DNA of 64,000 nt. Source: the human T2T-CHM13v2.0 reference genome, Homo sapiens. Position 1 is the stretch's first letter, and each line of letters begins with the position of its first letter. Position numbers and translations under genes: made by a program. The stretch lies in assembly GCF_009914755.1 (NCBI RefSeq), contig NC_060934.1; one strand, given 5' to 3'. Shown here in pieces: positions 12,974 through 28,140 of the stretch. The notes beneath the pieces were generated by a model. It was not told the DNA's origin, did not search any database, and was given only the letters and a program-made list of their open reading frames with translations.

Positions 12974-15900
12974 ATGATGACAGGATCAAACCTGCACATA
13001 TTGATATTAACCTTGAATGTAAATGGGCTAAATGCACCAATTAAAAGGCACAGAGTGGCAAGTTGGATGAAGAAGCAAGATCCAACTGTATGCTATCTAA
13101 AAGAGACCCATCTTACATGCAATGACAACCACAGGCTCAAAGTAAAGAGATGGAGATAAATTTATCAAGCAAATGAAAAACAGAAAAAGGCAGGGATTCA
13201 AATTCTAATTCCAGATAAAACTTGACTTTAAACCAACAATTATGAAAACAGGGAAAGAAGGGGATTACATAATGGTAAAGGGTTCAAATCAACAAGAATA
13301 CTTAACTATTTTAAATATTATGCGCCCAACACAGGAGCACCCATATTTATAAAGCAAGCTCTTAGAGACATACACGGAGACTTAGATAAGCACTCAGTAA
13401 TAGTGGGAGACTTCAATATTACACTGACAGTATTAGATCATTGAGGCAGAAAACTAACAAAGATATTTGAGACCTGAACTCAACATTTAACCAAATGGGT
13501 CTAACAAACATCTATGGAAATATCCACACAAAACCAACAGAGTATGTATTATTCTCATCTGCACATGGCACATATTCTAAAATCAACCACCCAATAGAAC
13601 ATAAAACAATCCTCAGCAAATTGAAAAACAATGAAATCATAACAACCACAGTCTTGGACCACAGCACAATAAAAATAGAAATTAATCATAAGAAAATTGC
13701 TCAAAACCATGCAATTACATGGAAATTAAACAGTCTGCTCCTCAAAGTTGTTTAAATAAACAATAAAATTAAGGCAGAGATCAAGAAGTTCTTTGAAACT
13801 AATGAGAATAAAGATACAATATATAAGAATCTCTGGGACACAGCTAAAGCGTGTTAAAAGGGAAGTTGATAGCACTAAATGCCCACATAGAAAATTAGAA
13901 AGATCCCAAATTAACAACCTAACATCACACTGACAGAATCTAGAGAAAGAAGAGTAAACCAACCACAAAGCAATCAGGAGGCAACAGATAACAAAACCAG
14001 AGCTGACATGAAGGAAATTGATTAAAAAAAATACAAAATATAATTGAGTGCAGGAATTTGTTTTTTGAAAGAATAAATAAGATTGCCTGATTGCTACCTA
14101 AACTAATAAAGAAAAAAAGAAGATTCAAATAAACACAATCAGAAATAAAACAGGAGACATTACCACTGAGCCCGCTGAAATACAAGAAAACCCTCAGAGA
14201 TGACTATGAGGAACTCTATGCACACAAACTAGAAAAGCTAGAAGAAATTAATAAATTCCTGGAAATGTAGAACTTCATAATATTGAACAAAGAAGAAATC
14301 GAATCCCTAAACAGAATGATAACAGGTTTCAAGTTTGAATCCATAATAAAAAGCCTACCAACCAGAAAAAAAGCCCAGGACAAGAAGTATTCACAGCTGA
14401 ATTCTACTGGATGTATAAAGAAAAGCTGGTACCATTCCAATGGAAACTATTCCATAAAACTGAGGAGGAGGGACTTATTTCTAATTCATTATATGAGTCC
14501 AGCATCACTGGGATACCAAAACCTGGCAGAGGCACAACAAAAAAAGAAAATTTCAGGCCAATATATTTGATGAACAGAAATGCAAAGATCCTCAACAAAA
14601 TGCTAACAAACTGAATTCACTAGCACATCAAAAGCTAATCCACTTCCAACAAGTGGGCTTTATTCCTGGGATACAAGGTTGGTTCAACATATGCAAATCA
14701 AATCAATAAATGTGATTTATTACATAAACAGAACTAAAAAGGCATCACATAATCACTTTGACAGATGCAGAAAAGGATTTTAATAAAATTTAATATCTCT
14801 TTATGTTAAAAAAAAACCCTCAACAAATTAGGCATTTCAGGAGCATGCTTCAAAATGGTAAGAGCCATCTATGACAAACCCACAGCCAACATCCTACTGA
14901 ATGGGCAAAAGCTAGAAGCATTCCTCGTGGAAAGCAGAGTAAGACAAGGATGCCTACTCTCACCACTCCTATTCAACATGGCACTAGAAGTCCTAGCCAT
15001 AGCAAGCAGGCAAGAAGAAGAAATAAAAGGCATTCATATAGGAAGAAAGAAAGTCAAACTATCTTTGTTTGTAGATGATATGATTTTGTACATAGAAAAC
15101 CCCATCGTCTCTACCCCAAAGCTCCTCAATGTAATAAAAAAACTTCAGCAAAGTTTCAGGATGCAAAATCATTGCATAAAAACCAGTAGCATTTCTGTAC
15201 ATCAACAACTTCCTAGCTAAGAGCCAAATCAAGAATGTGATCCCATTCACAATAGTGACAAAAAGAATAAAATGACTACGAGTACAGCTCACCAGGGAGG
15301 TAAATGATCTCTACAATGACAAGTAGAAAATACTACTCAAAGAAATCACAGATGACAAAAACAAATAGAAAAACATTACATGCTCATCGTTTGGAAGAAT
15401 CAATATTGTTAAAATGGCCATACTGCCCAAAGGAATTTACAGATTCAATGCTATTCCTATCAAACTACCAATAACATTCTTCATATAATTGGAAAAATCT
15501 ATTTTAAAATTCCTATGGAACCAAAAGGGAGCTTGAATAGCTAGAGCAATCCTAAGCAAAACGAACGTAGCTGAAAGCATCATGTTATCCAACTTCAAAC
15601 TATACTGCAAGGCTACAGTAACCAAAACAGCATGGAACTGGCACAAAAACAGACACATAGACCATTGGAACAGAATAGATAGCCTAGAAATAAAGTTGCA
15701 CACCTACAATTGTCTGTTATTCAATGAAGCTGACAAAAACAACCAGTTGGGAAAAGACTCTCTTCAGTAAATGGTGCCAGGATAACTAGCTGGCCATATG
15801 AAAAAGATGGAAACTGGACCCTTTCCTTACACTTATACAAAAGTCAACTTAAGATGGATTAAAACTTAAAATGTAAGACTTAAAAGTATAAAACCTCTAA

Positions 15901-16790
15901 AATATAACTTAGGAAATACTATTCTAGATGTAAACCCGGACAAACATTTCATTATGAAAACTCCAAAAGCAATTTGCTGCAAAACAAAAAACAAAAAACA
16001 AACAAACAAAAAAAAAACAAAACATGTATGAGCTAATTAAACTAAAGAGCTTTTGCACAGCAAAACAAACTATCAGCAAAGTAAATATTCTACAGAATGA
16101 AAGAAAACATTTGCAAACTATGCATCCAACAAAGTGTAATATCAAGAATCGGTGAGACACTTAAACTAATTAACAAGCAAAAAACAATAAACCCATTTAA
16201 AAATGGGCAAAATAAATGTACAGACACTTTTCAAAAGAAGACATACATGCGGTCAATAAACACATAAAAATGCTCAACATCACTAATAATTAGAAAAATG
16301 GAAATCAAAATCACAATGACATACCATCTCACACCAAGGATGGTTATTACTAAAAGGTCAAAAAATAACTGATGCTGGCAAGGTTGTTGAGAAAAGAGAA
16401 CACATACACTGAGGGTGGGAATATAAGTTGTTTCTCACTAACTAACTTACACATTATGGAAAGCAGTGTGGCAATTTCTCAAAGAGCTAAAAACAGAAAT
16501 CCCATTCAATCCAGCAATCCCATTATTGGGTATGTACCCAAAGGAACATACATTGCTCTACCATATAGACACAAGCATGCATATGTTCATTGCAGCACAG
16601 TTTACAATAGCAAAGACATGGAATCAACCTAAATGCCCATCAATGATAGACTGGATAAAGAAAATATGGTACATATACACAACCGAGTACTATGCAGCCA
16701 TAAGAAAAGAATGAAATCATGTCCTCAGGTATGGAGCTGGAGGCCATTATTCTAAATGAAGTAATGCAGAAACAGAAAACCAAATACTGC
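12974..16790 (+). pseudogene. L1 ORF2 remnant (APE endonuclease and reverse transcriptase), broken into short ORFs
   Basis: MTGSNLHILILTLNVNGLNAPIKRHR (endonuclease), [24 protein letters not shown] and LFVDDMILY (RT motifs), WNQPKCPS (C-terminus). Confidence 0.95.
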
Positions 16791-17296
16791 ATGTTCTCAT
16801 TTGTAAGTGGGAGCTAAAAATGAATGCAAAGAAGGCAGTAGACGCGGATGCAAAGAAGGGAGCAACAGACACCAGGGCATTCCTGAGGGTAGAGGTTGGG
16901 AGGAGGGAGAGGATCAAAAAACTACTTACTGGGAACTATGCTTATCACCTGGGTAACAAAATAATGTGTACTCCAAACCCCTGTGACACACAATTTACCT
17001 ATATAACAAACTTGCACATATACTCTTGAATCTAAAATAATTTTTTAAAGACTTGGAAAAGCAATTCCCCATGACTTTGGGAAAGCAGGATTTTTCAGTT
17101 AAAATGTCAGAGTGACCCTTTGCTCTGGCTGATTCACTGAGTAGCTGCACAATCTTCCATTGACTTATGCACATATCCAGCCTAGTATGACTTCACTGTT
17201 GTTATAAACAAGCACAGTGCCTTAAACTAACAAATGGCCACATTATTAAATCAATTGTTCCTAAAGGGGAAAAAATAAAGAATAAAGAAAAAATTA

Positions 17297-17482
17297 TGTG
17301 GCCAAAAAAAGCCAATTTTGATGGGGCTGCTTTAAAAGTGTGTGGTTCACTTTGGAGTATTGCCATCTTAACAATATTAAATTTTCCAATTAATGAATAT
17401 ATGATGATGTTCCACTTATTTAAGTCTTCTTTATAGTTTCCTAGCAAAATATTGCAGTTTTCAGTGTAAAAGCCTTATATTA
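17297..17482 (-). mobile_element. Continuation of the old host L1M
   Basis: ttgccatcttaacaatattaaattttccaatt...ccacttatttaagtcttcttt. Confidence 0.75.
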
Positions 17483-17484
17483 TA

Positions 17485-19137
17485 TTTCATTTCCTTTGGC
17501 TACATACCAAGTAGTGGTATTACTGAATCATATGGTAATTCTCTTTTTAATTTTTTGAAGAATGTCCATACTTTTTCCACAATTGCTGTTCTAATTTACA
17601 TTCCCATCAGCAGAATGTAAGTGCTCCCCTTTCTCCACATCCTCACCAACCCTTGTTAACTTTCAATTGTTTTCATAGCATTCATTGTGACTGGATTAAG
17701 CTGATATCTCATTTTGGTTTTAGTTTGTATTTCCCTGATGATTAGAGATGTTGAGCATTTATTCCTATATCTGTTGTTCATTTGCATGTCTTCTTTTGAG
17801 AAATGTCTATTCAGGTCTTTTGCCCATTTTAAAATCAGGTTATTTGTACTTTTGTTGTTGGGTTGTTTGAGTTCCTTATATATTTTGGATATTAACCCTT
17901 CAGCAAATGTATGATTTCTTATAGGAAGAAAGATAAAATGTGGATGGGGGAGAGGGTAAAAAGAGAATGCAAATAGTGGGGCCGTAACCTTCTCACAACC
18001 ATAACGTAATCATACCTGGCACAGCACAGGGCACAAAGTAGGCTCTCTTTTTATAGGTTGTCTCTTTGGTTTATTGATTGTTTCCTTTGTTGTGCAGAAG
18101 CTTTTTAGTTTGATGTAATTCCATTTGTCTACATTGGATTTTGTTGCTTGTGCTTTTCAGGTTTTATCCCAAAACTTTCTGCCTAGAAGCTTTTCCCCTA
18201 TGTTTTTTTCTACCAGTTTTGCAGTTTCAGGTCTCACACCTTTAATCCATTTTGAATTGGTTTTTGTATATGGTGAGAGATAAGGATCTAATTTTTTTCT
18301 TCTGCTTATGTTTGTTCAGTTTTTCCAGCACTATTTATTGAAGAGATTGCACTTTCCCCATTTTGTGTACTTGGCATTTTTGCTGAAAATCAATAAGCTG
18401 TAAATGAGTGGGTTTGTTTCTGGGCTTTCTATTTTGCTCCATTAGTCTATGTGTCTGTTTTTATGCCAGCATCTTTGTACTTTGTTTACTGTAGCTTTGT
18501 AGTGTGTTTTGAAGTTGGATAGTGTGATGCCACCATCACACTGTGTGTGTGTGTGTGTGTTTTTGTGTGTGTGTGTTTCTGAAGACTGCTTTGGCTATTC
18601 AAGGCCTTTTGTGGTTCCATAAAATTTTTAAGATTTTTTTTTCTATTTCTTTGAAGAATGTCATTGGTATTTCCATAGCGATTGCATTGAATTTGTGGAT
18701 GACTTTGAGTAGTATGTACATTTTAACAATATTTTTACAATTTATGAACATGGAATATCCATATTTTTCTATATCTTCAATATTTCTTTCATCAATGGTT
18801 TCTAGTTTTTATTATTGAGATCTTTCATCTTCTTGGTTAAATTTGTTCCTATGATTTTTTTTTTGTAGCTCCTGTATGATATGGAATTACTTTCTGGATT
18901 CATTTTTCAGATAATTTTCTATTGGCATACAGAAATGCAACTGATTTTTGTGTGTTGATTTTGTACCCTGTGACTTCAATGAATTTATGTATTAGGTGTA
19001 ATGGTTTTTGGTGGAATCTTTGAGGTTTTCTATACATCAGATCATGTCATCTGTAAACAGGGACAACCTGACTTCCTCCATTTAAGGTTGGATGTCTTTC
19101 ATTTCTTTCTCTTGCCTAATTGCTCTGGCTAGAACTT
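17485..19137 (-). mobile_element. L1MA-like fragment nested in the older L1M
   Basis: tttcatttcctttgg...gatgttgagcat...tgtgcagaagctttttagtttg...ctaattgctctggctagaac; contains an interrupted (TG)n at about 18542-18578. Confidence 0.85.
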
Positions 19138-19924
19138 ATAAGTGATTTTTGTATGCTGGTCTTCTTTCTTGCAACATTGCTGAATTTGTTAATTAGCTCT
19201 AATAAGTTTTGGTATAAATCCTTTAGAATTTTCTCTATGTAATACAATGTCATCTGTAAAGACAGTTTTACTTTTTCGTTTCTAATTTGGATGCTTTTTC
19301 TTTTATTTATTCTCACTGCTCTGCATAAAACTACCATTACAATGTTGAAAAGAGGTGAGAACAGAGGATGCTCTTGTCTTGCTTCTGATCTTAGGGTAAA
19401 GTTTTCCTCCATTTGATTATAATGTTAACTATGAGTTTTTAAATAAGCACCCTTATAATATTGAGAAAGAACCTGTCTATTGCTAGTTTTCTGAGTGGGT
19501 TTTTTCTTGAAAGAGTGTTGGATTTTGTCAAGATTTTTTTGCACTAGTTGAGATGAACACATATACATATATATATTTTAAAATTTTTCTTTCATTCTAA
19601 TAATATGGTTTATTACATTGATTTTATTCACTCTTGGAATAAATCCCACTTGGTCATATTATTTTAACATGCGGCTGGATTTAGTTTGCCAGTTTTAATT
19701 GAGAATGTTTTGCATCTATATTCATAAGGGATTTTTGTTTGTAATTTAATTTTCTTATGTCTTAGAGTAATGCCGGCCTCTTAGAATGAGTTAAAAAGAG
19801 TTTTATTTATTTTTTGGAAGAATTTATTTAGGATTTGTGTTAATTCTTCTTTAAATGTTTGGTAGAATTCACTAGTGAAGCCATCTATCTAGTCCTTAGC
19901 TTTCCTTTGTTAGGAGGTTTCTGT

Positions 19925-21487
<1,563 letters not shown>

Positions 21488-22879
21488 GTAGGTTTTTGAT
21501 TACCGATTCAATCTCATACTTGTTATAAATCTATGCAGATTTTCTGTTTCCTTTGGAATTTAGTTTGGATAGTTTCTGTGTTTTTAGGAATCTGTCTATT
21601 TTACCTAGGTTATCTATCGTAGTATTTTGCTATAAAACTTTTTATTTCTGCAAGATCAGCACTAATGCCTTCACTTTTATTTCTGATGGTGGTAATTTGA
21701 TTATTCACTTGTTTCTTATTCATTCTGATTTAATATTTGTTAATTTTACTGATCTTTCCAAAAGCCAACTTCTCATTTTATTGAATCTCGGTGTTGTCCT
21801 GAATTCTCTATTTTGTTTATATCTGCTCTATTTTGTTGGTTTACTTACCCTTTCTTCCCTTCTGCTAGCTTTGGGTTTACTTTGCTCTTTTTCCCTAGTT
21901 CTTTGAGAAATAAAGGTAGGTTATTGATTTGATATCATTCTTCATTTTTAATGTAGGTATTTACAGGTATAAATTCCCTTCCAAAATATATAAGCCTAAT
22001 ACATTTTGGTATATTGTATGTTTTTGTCTCAAAACAAAATATTCCTAATTTCTCTGTGATTTCTTCTTTGACCATTTTTTGTCTGAGTGTATTGTTTAAT
22101 TTCCACATACTTGTGAATTTTCTAGTTTTCCTTCTGATATTGATTTCTAGTTTTACTCCAGGTTATTGGAGAATAAATGTCATATGTCTTCAAAATTTTA
22201 AATTCTGAGATGTGTTTTGTGACCTAATATACAGCTATGTTAAAAGTGTTTTATGTATACTTAATACAAAACATGTATTTTGCTCTGGCTTGATAAGGTG
22301 TTTTGCACATGTCTGTTAGGTTCTAGTTTGTTTAGTGTTTTTAAAATTCTGTAGTTTCTTATTCATGTTCTTTTACAATTCTTTATACATTGTTAAAAGT
22401 AGGATATTGATATTTCTAACTATTATTGTAGAAATGTTTTTTCCTCTTCAATTTTATCAATTTAAGGGGTTCTGTTGTTGTCTATGTGTTTGTAATTATT
22501 ATATCTTCTTGATGATTGACCCTTTAATCAATTTGTAAGTATTTTTATTGTCTTTTATAATTTTTGATGTAAAATCTATTTTGTTTGATATCATTAAAGC
22601 CACCCTAGCAATGTTTTTGTTACTATTTCCATGGTACTTTTTAATCATTTTACCTTCAACCTATTTGTGTCTTTGGATCTAAAATAAGTTTTTTAGATAG
22701 AATATCGTTGAATTATTGTTTATATTAAATCTACCACTCTTATCTTTAACTGAGTTTAATCAATTTTCCTTTAATTACTAATAAAGAGTGACTTCTTCTA
22801 TTTTGCTCTGTTTTTATATGTCATATCTATTTTTTCCTGTTTCCTCATTATTGCCTTCTTTAGCATTAAATTAATTTTA

Positions 22880-23905
22880 ATTAATAGATTTTATATTTAG
22901 AGAATTTTTAGGTTTGTAGAAAAATTGAGCAGGTAGTGCAGAAAATTCCCACCTTTTTCCCCACCCATAGTTTCCCCTATTTTAAAGATCTTGCATTAGT
23001 GTTGTACGTTTGTTACAGTTGATGAACCAATATTGATACATTATTATTAACTAAAATCCATAGATTACATTAGGGTTCACTCTATGTGTTCTACAGTTCT
23101 ATTACTTTTGACAAATGCATAATGTCACATAGTCACCATTATAGTTTTATACAAAATGCTTTCACTTCCCTAAAACTCCATGTGCTTCAGCGGTCTATCC
23201 TCTCTACTTTTCTAATTAAACTCCTTGCAACCAGTGGTCTTTTTACTGTCTCTATAGTTTTTCCTTTTCTAGAGTGTCATATAGTTAGAACCATATAGTA
23301 TGTAGTCAATTAAGAATGGCTTGTTTTAATTAGAAGTATGCATTTAAGCTTCCTTTATGTCTTTTCATGGTTTCATATAGCTCATTCAATTTATTATTGA
23401 ATAATATTTTATTGTATAGCTGTACCAGAGTTTGTTTATCCATTCAACATTTGAGTAATGTGTTGTAGGCTTTCAGTTTTGGCAATTATGAATAAAGTTT
23501 TTGTAAGCATCATTGTCTTTTTTATTTTGTTAACAGTGTCTTTCACAAAGCAGAAGTGTTTAAATTACTGAAGTCTAACTTATTAACTTTTGTTCATAGA
23601 TTGTGCTTTTGGTGTCTTACCTAAAACCCGTCGTAAAACCCAAGGTTACCTAGATTTTCTCCTGTTATCTTCTAGAAGTTTTATAGTTTTGTGTTTTACA
23701 TGTAGGTCTATGATACATTTTGAATTAAGTTTTGTGAAAGTTGTAAAATCTCTATCTAGGTTCTTACATTTTGCTTTTTGCCTGTGGATGTCTTGTTGTC
23801 CCAGCATCATTTGTTGATAAGGCTTATTTTTCTCTACTGAATTGCCATTACTCCTTCATCAAAGATCAGTTTACACTATTTGTGTGAGTCAGTTTCTGGG
23901 CTTAT
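22880..23905 (-). mobile_element. L1MC1/2-like 3' end
   Basis: tttgttacagttgatgaaccaatattgatacattattattaactaaa...ttagggttcactct. Confidence 0.85.
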
Positions 23906-24029
23906 AAATCTATTTGAAGGCTCTTTCTTTTCTCTTCCTTTACAGTTTTCATTTTTCAGTGGTAGTGTTTCCTTTTGTTCAGGAGATAGCGTCATGCTTT
24001 TGTTGTTTCCTCATGTTTATCAACTTATT

Positions 24030-24220
24030 GTAGAGGCAATGGAATGACACAGGAAAGAGCGTGGGCCTAGAGAGAGAGATTTTTTGTTTCAAGTCCTGCC
24101 TCTACTGCTTAGTAGCCATGTGGAGATGTGGATGTGATTTAACTCATGCATGAAAACAGAATAGGGAAACATATTTCAAAAGGCAACTGAAATGATTTAG
24201 TTGAAGGTAATGGAAGTAAC
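24030..24220 (+). mobile_element. MIR
   Basis: ggaaagagcgtgggc...ttcaagtcctgcctctactgcttagtagc. Confidence 0.65.
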
Positions 24221-25837
24221 CACTACTCCTCAGTAAAGTTCTGGGTACTGCAAATGTGCCCTAGTCAAACTTGAATTTATGTTTACTCAAACTCCCCAAA
24301 TATTTGATGGTAACATTAACATGCCCATCCATCTTTCACTAAGTTGTGAACACTTCCTTGGGCCCGTATGCATCTTGGAAGGAGAAGTCTGATGAGGCCT
24401 GCATCCATGGAGTGTTAAGGGATGCCATCCATGATAGCCACATCAATGAGAGGGCTGCTTAGATGCTAGTCTTCCTGAGTTGTGTGCCAAAGTTTGGCCA
24501 AAGATGCTGACTCATTTCAGTGGCCTGGGATGTTGGGGAACTCCTCTTTTGCAAAGACAAGGGAAAGAGACATGAGTGGTTGTGAGAAACTTGATTATTA
24601 AGGCTCAGTTTTATAAATCAAAAGCAGAACCTGGGATGTCTTTTCAGCTACCTTGGTCTGGCTCTTTTAAGTCAGTTTTTTTTTCCTTTTTTTACTTCCT
24701 TTATATTAAAATCATGAAAATAATTTTTGTGTGTGAATGCTGGGATTTTATAAAAACATTCGGCTTCATCAACATCTTCTGTTCTATATCTACATGTTAC
24801 CTGCTTTGTGCTTGGGGTTGATAAAAGTTAAGGAAACCTGGTCTTTAGGTCTGCATGATTATTTCAGAAAGCATCTTAGCTGAGGAGGAATTAACTGTAT
24901 TCAAAGAAGACACTATGCATTTGCCAGAAGTCGAACATTTCTGCCAACTCTTAAATAATCTCACTGTCAAAACAAAGGTAAGATTGTAAAACTGTTGTAG
25001 CACGTTTCGGGGGTGGTAAAAATTCCCATACTTTCTGTGCTGTTAATTAAGGTCTTGGGGAGATTCTTTGTTAGAATAGATAATCATCAATCCTTCAGAT
25101 TTGGCTAATTGACATTAGCAACTCCCAACATGCTTACTTTCTGAAGTCCCAATAGATAAACCCAATGCCATGTATCATATTGAACCATTTTATCTGTTGT
25201 GCTTTTCTGCTTTCAGTGTCATTAGGATGTTGCTCATTTTCAAAGGAAACCTCCATCTGTAATGAAATGTCATTGTTAATGAAATCAGGAAACCTTTAAT
25301 GTTATTTAACATTAACATAAAGAAAATCAATATTTAGAGTGGAACATGTCGAAGAATGCATACCTGGGTAATTCTGACAATTTAGAATATTAAAAAATTA
25401 ATATTGGCAATATTTGTTGAACTCCTAGTAAATTAAATGCATCACTCTGTCTTTATATATAAAAATAAGCCACTTTCTCATTGCATTCAGCTTTTTGTTA
25501 CACTATTACATTATGTTATCAGTGTATATTAGATCCAGTAGCATATTAGATCCAATCCAATATACTACTAGATAGTAAGTGGCTCAAAAACAGATATAAA
25601 ATAGAAGTACCCCAGAAAGATTGTGATTTAGAGTCAACATTTCTGTTATAAAACATAGATAAAACTTTCCTTTCAGTATTATTTTTATGAATTATAGAAT
25701 AAGGTGTGAAATAATTCTGTAAGAAATTATGCATTAATTAATCTATTAATTATAATGTGACAGTCTGGCTATCATTGTAGTCTGATTGAAGTTATATCTG
25801 AATTTAAATGTGAATCTTGCATTTATTATCCACATAC

Positions 25838-26200
25838 TTTTTTTTCTTTTAAACTTTTATTTTAGGTTCGGGGGTAAATGCAGGTTTGTTACATGAGTAA
25901 ATTGCATGCAGCTGGGGTTTGGTGTACAAATGATTTCATCACCCAGGTAGTGAGCATAATACCAGATCTTCACCCTCCTCTCACTCTCTACCCTCAAGTA
26001 TCCTCTTGTGTCTATTATTCCAATCTTTGTGTCTATTGGTACTCAATGTTTGGCTCCCACTTATAAGTGAGAACCTGTGTTATGTGATTTTCTGTTCCTG
26101 CATTAATTTGCTTAAAATAATGGCCTCTCTAGTTGCATCCACATTACTGGAAAGAACAGGATTTCATTCTTTTTAATGGCTGCATAGTATTCCATGGTGT
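25838..26200 (-). mobile_element. L1PA16-like 3' end (non-inverted part of a twin-primed insertion)
   Basis: PolyT then tgcaggtttgttacatgagtaaattgc...cacccaggtagtgagcata. Confidence 0.9.
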
Positions 26201-26202
26201 AA

Positions 26203-28140
26203 ACTACAATATCCCTTCATGTTAAAATCTCTCAGCACACTAGGAACTGAAGGAACATAACCCAAAATAATAAGAGCAATCTAGTACTCTTATTCTGAAG
26301 CCCACATTGAACATCATACTGAATGGGGAAAAGCCAGCAACATTCCCCTTGAAAACCAGAGCAAGACAAGAATGTCCACTCTCACTACTCCTTATCAATA
26401 TGGCATTGAAAGTCCTGGCCATAGCAATTAGGCAAGAGAAAGAAATAAAATGCATTTAAATAGGAAGAGAGGAAGTAAAATTATCTATATTCGCAGACAT
26501 TATGACTCTATAGAAAACCCCATAGTCTCTGTCCAAAGGCTTCTAGAACTGGTAAACGAATTTAGTAAAGTTTCAGTATTAAAAAAATCAATGTACAAAA
26601 ATCAGTAACATTTCTATATATAACTAATGTCCAAGCCGAGAGCCAAATCAAGAACATGATCTCATTCCTAGTAACTACAAAAAGAATACAACACGTAGGA
26701 ATACAGCTAATCAGGGAGGTGAATAATCTCTACAATGAGAATTACAAAACATTGCTCAAAGAAATTAGAGATGATAGAAACAAATGAAAAATCTTCCATG
26801 CTAATGGATTGGAAGAATCAATATTGTTAAAATGGCCATACTGCCCAAATCAATTCATAGATCAAATCTTGTTTCTATCAAACTACCAATGTCATTTTTC
26901 ACAGAATTAGAGAGAGCTATTCTAAAATTATGGAATTTAAAAGAGCCAAAGTAGCCAAAGTATCTTAAGCAAAAGGAACAAAGCTGGAGGCATCACATTA
27001 CCTGACTTCAAGCTATACTGCAAGGCTACAGTAACCAAAACAGCAGTGTGCTGGCACAAAAGCAGACATGTAGACCAATGGAACAGAGGTTAGAGAACCC
27101 AGAGGTAAAAGCATACACTTACAACCATCTGACCTTTGGTAAAGTTGACAATAACAAGCAATGGGGAAAGGACTTCCTACCAATAATTGGTACTGGGGTA
27201 ACTGGCTGGCCATATTCAGAAGATCGAAACTGGACCACTTCCTTTTACCATATGTATTAGTTCATTTTCACACTGCTGATAAAGACATACCTGAGATTGG
27301 GAAATTTACAAAAGAAAGAGGTTTATTGGACTTACAGTTCCACGTGGCTGAGGAGGCTTCACAATCATGGTGGAAGGTGAAAGGCAAGGAGGAGCAAGTC
27401 ACGTCTTACCTGGATGGTGGCAGGTAAGGACAGATTTTGTGCAGGGAAACTCCGTTTTTAAAACCATCAGATCTTGTGAGGCTCATCCACTATCATGAAA
27501 ACAGAGCAGGAAAGACCCACCCCCATAATTCAATCATCTTCCACTGGGTTCCTCCCACTAAACATGGGAATTGTGGGAACTACAATTCAAGATGAGATTT
27601 GTGTGGGGACATGCCAAATCATATTACCATATATAAATATCAACTTGAGATGGATTAAAGACTTAAATGTAGGACCTCAAACTGTAAAAACCCTAGAAGA
27701 AAACCTAGGAAATACCATTCTGGACATAGGCCTGGGCAAAAAATTTATGACAAAGTCTCCAAAAGCAATTGCAACAAAAACAAAAATAAATAATGGAATC
27801 TAATTAAACTAAAGAGCACAGCAAAAGAAACCATCAACAAAGTAAACAGATGGCATTCAGAATGGTAGAAAATATTTGCAAACTTTGCATCTGACAATGG
27901 TCTAATATCCAGAATCTATAAGGAACTTAAACAATTCAACAAGAAATAAAAACAACATCTCCATTGAAAAATGGGCAAAGGATATGAACAGAGACATCTC
28001 AGAAGACATACACGTGACCAACAAGCATATGAAAAAAAGCTCAACATCACTAGTGAGTCATTAGAGAAATGCAAATCAAAACCACAATGAGATACCATCT
28101 CACACCAGTCAGAAAATCTATTATTAAAAAGTCAGAAGAA
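26203..28140 (+). mobile_element. L1P ORF2 segment (inverted 5' part of the same insertion)
   Basis: RT to C-terminal ORF2 sequence in opposite orientation; TSD ACATAC(T/A)TTTT at 25832 and 28141. Confidence 0.9.
27253..27626 (-). mobile_element. THE1A-like MaLR solo LTR
   Basis: tgtattagt...ttattggacttacagttccac...aaggaggagcaagtcac...aaatcatatta; 5-bp TSD CCATA at 27248-27252 and 27627-27631. Confidence 0.93.

Larger units (their letters stand above)
10410..17045 (+). mobile_element. Full-length, inactivated L1PA15/16-like LINE-1
   Basis: 5' ggtcaagatggcagcctagaagc, long 5'UTR, ORF1 and ORF2 remnants, 3' end aaaaactac...aacccctgtgacacacaatttacctatataacaaac. Confidence 0.95.

Noticed and set aside
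12974-16790. Possible active reverse transcriptase gene
   Set aside because: ORF2 is broken by many stops and frameshifts, so the element cannot be autonomous
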